Positions 19,520 to 27,679 of a stretch of DNA of 64,000 bases are shown in pieces. The notes below the pieces were generated by a model that had not been told where the DNA came from, made no database searches, and saw only the letters and a program-made list of their open reading frames with translations. A program made the translations under genes and the position numbers. Source of the DNA: Elusimicrobiaceae bacterium (GTDB lineage: Bacteria; Elusimicrobiota; Elusimicrobia; Elusimicrobiales; Elusimicrobiaceae); the NCBI GenBank assembly GCA_045593185.1, contig JAZNWD010000016.1, positions 21,781-85,780 of the forward strand, in the 5' to 3' direction. The first letter of the stretch is position 1; each line of letters opens with the position of its first letter.

Positions 19520-20420
19520 TAAACAAACTTTTGTTTTTGACGGTTACACGCGGCGGCTGGATGTATTTGCGGCCGATGCGCTGCCCGATTTATCGCGCGC
19601 GCTGGTGCAAAAAATGATTAAAGAGGGCCGCATTACCGTCAACGGGAAAACGGTTAAACCTTCCTGGCCGTTAACACGCGGCGAAACGGTAGAAATCACG
19701 CTCCCGCAGGCACACACGCAAACCCCGCTCAAAGATTTGCTTATTCACGACGGTAAAGATTTTTTTGTGGTGATTAAGCCCGCCGGGCTTTTGGTGCATC
19801 CGCAAAGCCCTATTTGGGAGGAACACCCCGAAACAGTTTTTTCTTCGGATGAAACGCTGGTATCTATTATTTTGGCTAACCCGCCTAAAGGGTTTGACAA
19901 AAGTACTCCACGCGCCGGGCTGGTGCACCGCTTGGACCGCGAAACCAGCGGCGTAATGGTGGTAGCCAAAACGCCCGAGTTTCAAGCCGAAATGGTAGCC
20001 CTGTTTGCCAACCGCGAGGTACACAAAACCTATCACTCCATTGCCTGCGGCGAAGTGCCCGATGACAAGGGTACTATTGACGTGCCCATCGGACGCGTGG
20101 CGGGCGGCAAGATAAAAGCGTCTGAAATCGGCCGGGAGGCCGTTACTGATTACAAAGTTTTAGAACGCAAGAACGGGTTTACGTATATTGAGCTTTACCC
20201 GCGCACCGGGCGTACCAATCAGCTGCGCGTGCACTTAAATTGGCTGGGATACCCCGTACTGGGCGACTGGCTTTATAAGGGGGCCACGGCCGACCGCTTG
20301 ATGCTCCACGCCCGCAAAATTGAATTTAAACACCCCTTAACGGGCAAGAAATTGCAATTTGAAGCCCCCGTGCCGGACGACTTTTTAGCCGCGTGGAAAC
20401 GAGTGACAAAAGGAAAATAA
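19512..20420 (+). CDS. RluA/RluD family pseudouridine synthase with S4 domain
   Basis: RLD S4 start, KPAGLLVHP, HRLDRETSG. Confidence 0.9.
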   Translation: MSNKQTFVFDGYTRRLDVFAADALPDLSRALVQKMIKEGRITVNGKTVKPSWPLTRGETVEITLPQAHTQTPLKDLLIHDGKDFFVVIKPAGLLVHPQSPIWEEHPETVFSSDETLVSIILANPPKGFDKSTPRAGLVHRLDRETSGVMVVAKTPEFQAEMVALFANREVHKTYHSIACGEVPDDKGTIDVPIGRVAGGKIKASEIGREAVTDYKVLERKNGFTYIELYPRTGRTNQLRVHLNWLGYPVLGDWLYKGATADRLMLHARKIEFKHPLTGKKLQFEAPVPDDFLAAWKRVTKGK

Positions 20421-20446
20421 GGGTCAATTATATCCTGCAAAAGAAT

Positions 20447-21553
20447 TTATAAGTCTTTTTGGTACACGCGGTAGCGTTTGCTAAAGTGGCCGCCACATTC
20501 TTCAATGCCGCGCAACATACCCACGTTATCTTCCAGCACCCAGGAAAGCTCAGCCCAATCCCACACGGCCACACCATACGTGACGATATGCTTAATCAAA
20601 ATTAAATCAATACCGTGTTTGCGAAACTCGGGCAAGACGCCCAACATAATTAAGCGCGAATCTTTAATCTTTTTCCACGCCAGCACGGCCTTTAAAAGCC
20701 GCCACGGGTTGTATAAAGACCCCCGCAAAATTTTGAGCACATGGTTCATATTGGGGATGCAAATATAAAACCCCGCCGGCACGCCGTTTTCTTCCAGCAC
20801 GCAGGTCCCTTCCACACGCACAATGGATTTAAGCTCGTTTACAATGTCGGCCATTTCTTGCTTATCCAGCGGCACAAAACCCCAATTTTCCGCCCAGGCC
20901 TTGTTGTAAATCTCGCGGATAATCTCGGCCTCTTGGTCCAAATTTTTGAGGTTCAACCGGCGTAGCGTAATGCCTTCTTTTTTCTCACACCGGGAACATA
21001 TCTTTAAAAACCGCTCGGAGAATTTATCATCGCGGCTGCGCTCATACGCCAACAAATCTTTGGCTTTGGTAAAGCCGGCCTTCTCAATTAAATCTGCGTA
21101 GTAGGGGTAGTTATAGGGCATCATGATAGACGGCATGGAGTTAAAACCGTCCACCAATAGCCCATACGTGTGATTACTGGAGGGATTGGCCGGGCCGCGC
21201 ACCGCTGCAACGCCCTGTGTGCGTAAATAATCTTGCGCGGCTTTAAAAAGTGCGTTGGAAACTTCCTCATCGTTTACACAATCAAAAAAACCAAAAAAAC
21301 CGATATTTTCGTGGCGGTAATCGTTATATTTCCGGTTAACAAGCGCACAAATACGGCCCACGGGTTTGCCGTCTTGGTACGCCATAAATAATTTGCGCAC
21401 GGCGTGTTGCCAAAAGGGGTTATCCAGCCGCAAGAGTTTGCGGGTTTCTTCTTTTAAATCGCCCACCCAATAAGGGTCTTGTTTGTACAATTCAAATGAA
21501 AAATTGATAAAGCTGTTTAATTCTTTTTGGGTAACTTCGCGAATTTCTACCAT
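20447..21553 (-). CDS. GNAT-family protein resembling bacterial ceramide synthase (YghO-like)
   Basis: F...LY...PYW, GRICA, FFGFF, YNYPYY, ELSWVLEDN motifs; adjacent to spt. Confidence 0.7.
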   Translation of the reverse strand: MVEIREVTQKELNSFINFSFELYKQDPYWVGDLKEETRKLLRLDNPFWQHAVRKLFMAYQDGKPVGRICALVNRKYNDYRHENIGFFGFFDCVNDEEVSNALFKAAQDYLRTQGVAAVRGPANPSSNHTYGLLVDGFNSMPSIMMPYNYPYYADLIEKAGFTKAKDLLAYERSRDDKFSERFLKICSRCEKKEGITLRRLNLKNLDQEAEIIREIYNKAWAENWGFVPLDKQEMADIVNELKSIVRVEGTCVLEENGVPAGFYICIPNMNHVLKILRGSLYNPWRLLKAVLAWKKIKDSRLIMLGVLPEFRKHGIDLILIKHIVTYGVAVWDWAELSWVLEDNVGMLRGIEECGGHFSKRYRVYQKDL

Positions 21554-21573
21554 AAATCCCCCTAAAAAAAGAA

Positions 21574-21591
21574 CCCCGCGCCAAGGCGGGG
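21574..21591 (-). terminator. Hairpin plus T-tract between spt and the GNAT gene
   Basis: CCCCGC-6-GCGGGG followed on the minus strand by TTCTTTTTTT, directly before the GNAT RBS. Confidence 0.6.
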
Positions 21592-21600
21592 CTATTTGAA

Positions 21601-22791
21601 TTATTTGATAATTCCCACCGCACGGCCCGCCTGTGCAAAACTATCAATAATTTTTTGCACATGTTCTTCTGTATGCGTGGCCATCAGCGTCAAGCGAATG
21701 AGCGCGCGGCCGGGCGGCACCGCCGGGCTGACCACCGGGTTGGCAAAGATGCCCATCTCGTGCAAGGCGCGCCACATTCTAAAGCAGTTTTCGTTGCTGC
21801 CTACGTGCACGGGCAAGATAGGCGTAGTGCTTGTACCTAAATCGTAGCCCAAGTCTTCAAGGCCTTTTTTAAGAAGTGCCGTCAAGCGGAACAAATTATC
21901 GCGCCGGGAAGTATCTTTAGAAATCAAATCTACAGCTTTGGAAATGGAAGCAATGCACGAAGGCGGCATAGAGGCCGAGAAGATTTGGCTGCGTGCGTTG
22001 TGGCGCAAATAGTGGATGATTTCTTCGTCGCCCACTACAAATCCACCCACCGTGGCAAACGTTTTAGAACATGTTCCTACAATTAAATCCACTTCGCCGT
22101 TTTCCAGGCCGAAATATTCGCACGTACCGCGCCCGGTTTTGCCGATAATACCCGTAGCGTGGGCATCGTCCACAATAATGCGCGCGCCGTATTTCTTGCC
22201 GATTTTGACCACTTCCGGCAGCGGGCAGATATCCCCTTCCATGCTAAACACACCGTCCACAATGATAAGCTTGCCGGCATCGGCGGGGAGTTTAGCCATT
22301 ACGCGTTCCAAATCAGCCATGTCATTGTGTTTAAAGCGGGCCATTTCCGCCCCGGAAAGGCGCACCCCGTCCAAAATACTGGCGTGATCTAATTTGTCCA
22401 CAATAGCGTAGTCGCCTTTTCTCAGTAACGAGGAAACAACCCCCAAATTCATTTGATACCCGGTTGCAAACAACAACCCGGCTTGTTTACGTTTAAACGC
22501 GGCAATTTTCTTTTCCAACTCGTCGGCTAATTTGGTATTGCCGTTTAAAAGGCGGCTGCCGGCCACCCCGGTACCGTATTTTTTTACGGCATCCAACGCG
22601 GCCTGTTTCATTTCCGGGTCGTTGGCTAACCCCAAATAGTTGTTGGAACCTGCCATGATGTAGGTTTTCCCTTCTAACACAACCTCGGGCCCTTGGGCAG
22701 ATTCAATGGGCTGGAAATAGCCGTAAACACCCATTTCCATGGCCAGTTTAGCATCTTTGTAATTGCGGCACTTTTCAAAAATATCAGACAT
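21601..22791 (-). CDS. spt: Serine palmitoyltransferase-like alpha-oxoamine synthase (PLP class II)
   Basis: GSNNYLGL, GTGVAGSRLLNG, DKLDHASI, DGVFSMEGDI, GTCSKT (PLP Lys), YLRHNARSQIFSAS; matches my recollection of Bacteroides SPT better than BioF or Kbl. Confidence 0.8.
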   Translation of the reverse strand: MSDIFEKCRNYKDAKLAMEMGVYGYFQPIESAQGPEVVLEGKTYIMAGSNNYLGLANDPEMKQAALDAVKKYGTGVAGSRLLNGNTKLADELEKKIAAFKRKQAGLLFATGYQMNLGVVSSLLRKGDYAIVDKLDHASILDGVRLSGAEMARFKHNDMADLERVMAKLPADAGKLIIVDGVFSMEGDICPLPEVVKIGKKYGARIIVDDAHATGIIGKTGRGTCEYFGLENGEVDLIVGTCSKTFATVGGFVVGDEEIIHYLRHNARSQIFSASMPPSCIASISKAVDLISKDTSRRDNLFRLTALLKKGLEDLGYDLGTSTTPILPVHVGSNENCFRMWRALHEMGIFANPVVSPAVPPGRALIRLTLMATHTEEHVQKIIDSFAQAGRAVGIIK

Positions 22792-22815
22792 AATTTCCTC
22801 GTGGACAAATTCCGC

Positions 22816-23289
22816 TTATTGCGGTTTACAACTTGCTTTTTTAATAATTCCGGTAGTGCTCCTGCCTTTAAGCAAGGCAAAACGTACCACTTTGCCGGCA
22901 AATTCACGTCCTACAATTTCTGTAGGTTTATAGTCCCCCCCCTTTACAAGTACATCCGGGCGAACAACTTGAATCAAATTGTAGGGGGTATCTTCCTCAA
23001 ATATGCACACATAGCTTACGCTCTCCAACGCGGCCAGCACCAAGGCACGGTCTTGCTGTTTATTAATCGGGCGGGAAGGGCCTTTGAGGCGGCGCACAGA
23101 AGCATCGCTATTTAACCCCACCACTAGAATATCGCCTTTGGCGCGGGAAAATTCCAACACGCTCACATGGCCTGCGTGCAAAATATCAAAGCATCCGTTG
23201 GTAAATACAATTTTCTTTTTGGCTTTGCGCGCGGCGGCCAGTTTGGCTTTAAGCGCACGCAAGCTGACAATTTTATTTTTTGCTTTCAT
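22816..23289 (-). CDS. rfaE2: D-glycero-beta-D-manno-heptose 1-phosphate adenylyltransferase
   Basis: [40 protein letters not shown]. Confidence 0.9.
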   Translation of the reverse strand: MKAKNKIVSLRALKAKLAAARKAKKKIVFTNGCFDILHAGHVSVLEFSRAKGDILVVGLNSDASVRRLKGPSRPINKQQDRALVLAALESVSYVCIFEEDTPYNLIQVVRPDVLVKGGDYKPTEIVGREFAGKVVRFALLKGRSTTGIIKKASCKPQ

Positions 23290-24652
23290 TTTCCTGCATC
23301 ATCCGTTCAATTAAACCGGTATCTATGTTCCCGTTGCGAAAGTCTTCATGCACTAAAATTTTTTGATGAAAGGGAATAGTAGTTTTGACCCCTTCAATGA
23401 CAAATTCACTAAGGCACCGCTCACTGCGTTTTAACAGTTGGGCACGGCTTGGGGCAGTTACAATCAGTTTGGCAATCAAGCTGTCGTAATAGCTGGGGAT
23501 GGTATAGCCGCAATACATGTGGCTATCTACCCGCACGCCGAGCCCGCCGGCAGGAACCCATTCCGAAATGGTACCCGGGCAAGGCATAAAATTATGCGCG
23601 GCGTCTTCGGCATTAATGCGGTGCTCAATTGCGTGGCAGCGCACTTTGCCGGCTTCTTCCTGGGTAATATGCAAGGGTTCGCCCTGTGCAATTTGAATTT
23701 GCATTTTTACAAGGTCCACCCCGCCTACGGCCTCGGTAATGGGGTGCTCCACTTGCAAGCGGGTATTTACTTCCATAAAGTAAAATTCCTTCGTGGGAGC
23801 CATCAAAAATTCTACGGTACCTACCCCGCGGTATTGGGCGGCCTTAATCACTTTGGCGGCAGCGGTCTGCAATTTCTGGCGGGTTTGCACGTCCACAAAC
23901 GGGGAAGGAGATTCCTCCACCAATTTTTGATGCCGCCGCTGCATGCTGCAATCGCGCTCGGCAAATGCCACTACGTTGCCATAGTTATCGGCGGCCACTT
24001 GCACTTCAATATGGCGTGGGTTTAAAACTAATTTTTCAAAATAGACCCGGTCATCGCCAAAGTTGGCGCGGGCCTCGGCCTGCGCGGTTTTGAGCATGCG
24101 GTCCAAATCTTTTTCTTCATAGCAAGCGCGCATCCCTTTTCCGCCGCCACCCAAAGTAGCTTTAATCATTATAGGGAAGCCGATTTTGCGTGCTACTTCG
24201 TGATAATCTTTACCTACAACGCCCTGGGAACCGGGGGTAATGGGTACGCCGGCTTTAAGGGCAATTTCGCGCGCGGTAGATTTAACCCCCAACATTTCAA
24301 TGGCTTGCGGTGTGGGGCCGATAAACGTCATCCCGGCGTTGGTTACCGCTTGGGCAAATTCTGCATTTTCGGAAAGGAAGCCATACCCCGGGTGCACGGC
24401 ATCGGCACCGGTCAGTTTGGCGGCGGTTACCAGCGCGTCTATGTTCAAATAGCTCATGGAAGACGGCGCCGCCCCAATACAAACGGCCTCGTCGGCCATA
24501 CGCACGTGTAAGCTGTTACGGTCCGCTTCGGAGTAAACCGCCACGGAGCGGATGTTCATTTCTTTGAGGGTACGAATCACACGCAGGGCAATCTCGCCCC
24601 GGTTAGCAATTAAAACTTTGTGAAAAGCGTTGATTTTAACAGAATCGGACAT
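23273..24652 (-). CDS. accC: Biotin carboxylase
   Basis: [51 protein letters not shown]. Confidence 0.95.
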   Translation of the reverse strand: MSDSVKINAFHKVLIANRGEIALRVIRTLKEMNIRSVAVYSEADRNSLHVRMADEAVCIGAAPSSMSYLNIDALVTAAKLTGADAVHPGYGFLSENAEFAQAVTNAGMTFIGPTPQAIEMLGVKSTAREIALKAGVPITPGSQGVVGKDYHEVARKIGFPIMIKATLGGGGKGMRACYEEKDLDRMLKTAQAEARANFGDDRVYFEKLVLNPRHIEVQVAADNYGNVVAFAERDCSMQRRHQKLVEESPSPFVDVQTRQKLQTAAAKVIKAAQYRGVGTVEFLMAPTKEFYFMEVNTRLQVEHPITEAVGGVDLVKMQIQIAQGEPLHITQEEAGKVRCHAIEHRINAEDAAHNFMPCPGTISEWVPAGGLGVRVDSHMYCGYTIPSYYDSLIAKLIVTAPSRAQLLKRSERCLSEFVIEGVKTTIPFHQKILVHEDFRNGNIDTGLIERMMQENESKK

Positions 24653-24654
24653 AG

Positions 24655-25029
24655 TTATTTCTCAATAAAAAATAGCGGCAAGCCAAATTCCACTACCGCG
24701 CCTTCTTGGGCGGTTACTTTGCGCAATTTGCCTGAGATCGGCGCTGTGATTTTGTGCTTTTTAGAGGCCGTTTCCACCCAACCCAATGGGTCGCCTTCCT
24801 GCACGGTTTGTCCTTCGCTCAAGGTCAAATTTTGGCCTTTGGCGGCGGCGTGATAAACCCCGATAGCCGGGGCCGTTACCGCCGTGAGCGAGCATTCAAA
24901 CTGAGCCGGCTCGGGCAGGGCTTCTTGGGTTTTGATTTCAATACAATTGCCGTTGTCTTCGTAACAAAATTCAGCCAAATCGGTGGTTTTCATCCATTGC
25001 GTTACTTGGGAAATGAGTTTTGTGTCCAT
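24655..25029 (-). CDS. accB: Biotin carboxyl carrier protein-like protein lacking the EAMKM biotinylation motif
   Basis: BCCP layout (VTAPAIG.Y...V.EGD.L..VE...I.AP.SG...V.FG.PLF) directly upstream of accC; VETASK in place of VEAMKM. Confidence 0.7.
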   Translation of the reverse strand: MDTKLISQVTQWMKTTDLAEFCYEDNGNCIEIKTQEALPEPAQFECSLTAVTAPAIGVYHAAAKGQNLTLSEGQTVQEGDPLGWVETASKKHKITAPISGKLRKVTAQEGAVVEFGLPLFFIEK

Positions 25030-25176
25030 AATCTCCTCAATAAAACCAGGAATAAAATGTATATTGTTATTTTACCATTTTTGCCAGGGCCCGTGCTACT
25101 TTCCTACGCGTAAAGAGGCAACTAATCAATTTTGTCCCCTGGGCAGGTGTTCCTTGCACCCGTAGACTAAGAGTGT

Positions 25177-25650
25177 ATGAACACACTAATACATGCGTCA
25201 AGGGTTGTTTTTTGGCTGGCCGTGTGTCAGCTACCCATGCTAGTTAGTGTCCCGTTTGTGGACCCCAACATGGCATGGTATCACACGTTGGCAAAACCGC
25301 CGTTTGTACCGCCGGATATGATATTCGGCATGGTATGGGGGGTGTTGTATTTGCTACTGGGTATTGCCGCGGTGATGGTGTTTCATCGGGGGGTAAGTAA
25401 AGAGTTGCGCCCTGCTGCATGGCTGCTGGCGGGTCAATTGGTGCTCAACGCACTGTGGACGCCGGTATTTTTTGGCATGCATCATTTGCCCGGGGCGTTA
25501 ACCATTGTGGTGCTGATGCTGCTGGAGGGGTTATTTCTGCACCGTGCATTTGCCAAACGGAGTAAATGGGCGGCGCGGATGTTAATCCCTTATTGGCTGT
25601 GGCTGGGGTTTGCCACTTACTTAACTGCCGGTTTTATGATGCTCAACTAA
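25177..25650 (+). CDS. tspO: TspO/MBR family tryptophan-rich sensory protein
   Basis: WY..L.KP...PP...FG.VW, QLVLNALWTPVFFG, PYWLWLGFATYL. Confidence 0.9.
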   Translation: MNTLIHASRVVFWLAVCQLPMLVSVPFVDPNMAWYHTLAKPPFVPPDMIFGMVWGVLYLLLGIAAVMVFHRGVSKELRPAAWLLAGQLVLNALWTPVFFGMHHLPGALTIVVLMLLEGLFLHRAFAKRSKWAARMLIPYWLWLGFATYLTAGFMMLN

Positions 25651-25671
25651 AGAGCAAGGGGGTAAAAATAC

Positions 25672-25698
25672 AAACCCCGCGCGGATTGCGCGGGGTTT
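25672..25698. terminator. Bidirectional intrinsic terminator
   Basis: AAACCCCGCGC-5-GCGCGGGGTTT between convergent genes. Confidence 0.8.
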
Positions 25699-25738
25699 TG
25701 TAATGCTCAATTTTATCAAAAAAGCGACCGGGAAGGAA

Positions 25739-26611
25739 TTATGCTGTAATTTGCCAGCAATTACACTGCCCCCCTTCGCTACATCCGCCTTCATACCCAC
25801 TTGGGCAAGAAGGACAATCCGAATTAGACGAGCATGGACTCCCTTCATTGCCACCGGCACTTTGTCCGGAACATCCTCCTTCGTATTGATTGCAATCGTT
25901 AGGATCCGGATATACAACTCCCCCTGCCCCCCAACAATAGCAAGTGTTCTCTATACACATTGCAGAGGTGGCGACAAACCCCAAATCAGAGTAAGAACAA
26001 GAACAATCTGCAACCGTTGAACATGTTTGAGGTGGAACTGGAGTTGGTTCCGGCTCAGGTTCCGGTTCCGGCTCTAAATCCGGATACAAACTGGCTAGAT
26101 TAGGGTCAGTTTGCCATCCTTGCTTTTCTAAAGAAGCACAGATACGTTCTCCCACGCTATCATACGGATAGCATGCAAGAGTCCAATTGTTGTTGGCAAC
26201 GGAAGATTTTACAGCACCAAGATCATAAGGCCAATCCTCCCCGCACGAACTTTCCGTATTTGCACAGCGAGCCAACCATATTTCACACACTCCTTCTCCG
26301 CAATAGGCACTGTAACTAAAAAATTTATCGTAGCAGCTCCAATCGTTACACGCATCAAATGAATGATTTAAATTTATATTGAAAGATTCATCATGAGGCT
26401 CCGCAGCCAAATCAACATATCCAACACTGGGATATCCTTTTTCCAATACGTAGACGTCCAATGCTTTTTGCGTATCTGCAATTAAAGATAACTTAGGAGC
26501 CAAGCGGCTTTTTTCTACTGCAAACCGATATTGTGGCAAGGCCACCGCCGCCAAAATACCAATGATTAGTACTACTACCAATAGCTCTATGAGCGTGAAT
26601 CCTCTATTCAT
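25739..26611 (-). CDS. Type IV pilin-like protein with EP linker and Cys-rich C-terminal extension
   Basis: MNRG|FTLIELL...; (EP)n-TPVPP linker; two CSxxxDC...CxCW modules. Confidence 0.85.
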   Translation of the reverse strand: MNRGFTLIELLVVVLIIGILAAVALPQYRFAVEKSRLAPKLSLIADTQKALDVYVLEKGYPSVGYVDLAAEPHDESFNINLNHSFDACNDWSCYDKFFSYSAYCGEGVCEIWLARCANTESSCGEDWPYDLGAVKSSVANNNWTLACYPYDSVGERICASLEKQGWQTDPNLASLYPDLEPEPEPEPEPTPVPPQTCSTVADCSCSYSDLGFVATSAMCIENTCYCWGAGGVVYPDPNDCNQYEGGCSGQSAGGNEGSPCSSNSDCPSCPSGYEGGCSEGGQCNCWQITA

Positions 26612-26669
26612 ACACAGTACTCCTGTAACAATTTTATTTGAAACACGTCCCTTCTATTGTAACTTATTT

Positions 26670-27293
26670 TTAAATTTCTTTGTGCAGCACTTTGAGGGTG
26701 GCTTTTTCTTTGGCTACGGGCAAGCACTCTTGCACTTTGTAGTTTTGACCGTCCACCGCTTGGGAAATAGCGGCAATATCATCGTCGTTCAAAATCTCTT
26801 TGTCATACGTGGTACGGAATTGATAAGGTAAGCCGCTTTGCAGGATTAAATCCATAGAGTGGCGCAACACGGCCATATTGGCTTCCACCCCTGTAATGGC
26901 GGCATACTTCTTAGGTGGGGCCTTTAAATCCATGGCAATAAAATCTACCAGTTTTTTGTCAATGAGTTCTTTGAGCACTTCGGGGCGGGTGCCATTGGTA
27001 TCCAGTTTGGTTTTGTACCCTAGGGCCTTTACATCCGCCATAAAGCGAATTAAATCTTCCTGCAAGGTGGGTTCCCCGCCAGAAATAACAACGCCCTCCA
27101 GGGTGCCCTGGCGGCGTTTTAGAAAAGTCATGATTTCTTCTTCGGGCACGGACGGAGAAAACAAGTGTGGGTAAACTAATTCGGGGTTGTGGCAATAGCG
27201 ACAGCGGAAATTGCATCCTTGCGTAAACACAATAGCCGCCGGGCACCCCGGAAAATCAATCAAGGTAAACTTGACCAGCCCCCCCAGTTTCAT
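26670..27293 (-). CDS. nrdG: Anaerobic ribonucleotide reductase activating protein (radical SAM)
   Basis: GCNFRCRYCHNP, VVISGGEPT, KLDTNG; downstream of nrdD. Confidence 0.92.
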   Translation of the reverse strand: MKLGGLVKFTLIDFPGCPAAIVFTQGCNFRCRYCHNPELVYPHLFSPSVPEEEIMTFLKRRQGTLEGVVISGGEPTLQEDLIRFMADVKALGYKTKLDTNGTRPEVLKELIDKKLVDFIAMDLKAPPKKYAAITGVEANMAVLRHSMDLILQSGLPYQFRTTYDKEILNDDDIAAISQAVDGQNYKVQECLPVAKEKATLKVLHKEI

Positions 27294-27320
27294 ACGTCCG
27301 TAACCCGAAATGAGGTTAAA

Positions 27321-27545
27321 CTATTTATCGCTGGCGCAATCGCAACCGCAGCTGCAGCCACCTTCTACGTTCAAGGTTTTGCGCATAGCAAATTCTTCTT
27401 TTTTACCCTTGTTCCAGTTTTGCACCGGGCGCAAATAACCCACTACGCGGGAATATACTTCACATTTAGAACCTTGTACTTCGTTTAGTTCTTTTTTAAG
27501 ATCCGAAATCTTAGTTTCTACAGCTTGTCTTTCTTGTGCAGTCAT
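27321..27545 (-). CDS. Stand-alone NrdD C-terminal glycyl-radical domain
   Basis: CEVYSRVVGYLRPVQNWNKGKKEEF; own RBS AGGAGGAGG. Confidence 0.85.
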   Translation of the reverse strand: MTAQERQAVETKISDLKKELNEVQGSKCEVYSRVVGYLRPVQNWNKGKKEEFAMRKTLNVEGGCSCGCDCASDK

Positions 27546-27679
27546 AATTGTCCTCCTCCTACAGAGTAAATATTTTTAAATGGCAATGAGCCCGTGAAAA
27601 CCCATTACTGTTAATTATGGCAATTTGCCAAATCGATTTCAAGCCCTTTTTAAGGTTAGCTTATACCCACCTAAAAGGG

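Noticed and set aside
21601-22791. bioF or kbl assignment
   Set aside because: Signatures fit SPT better (GTG.AGSR.LNG, RHN.RS.IFSAS); no bio or tdh genes nearby; adjacent bCerS-like GNAT. Not fully excluded without a tree
27546-27679. Frameshift or intein joining nrdD to the small ORF
   Set aside because: The small ORF has its own strong RBS and ATG, the gap is AT-rich with stops, and there are no intein motifs
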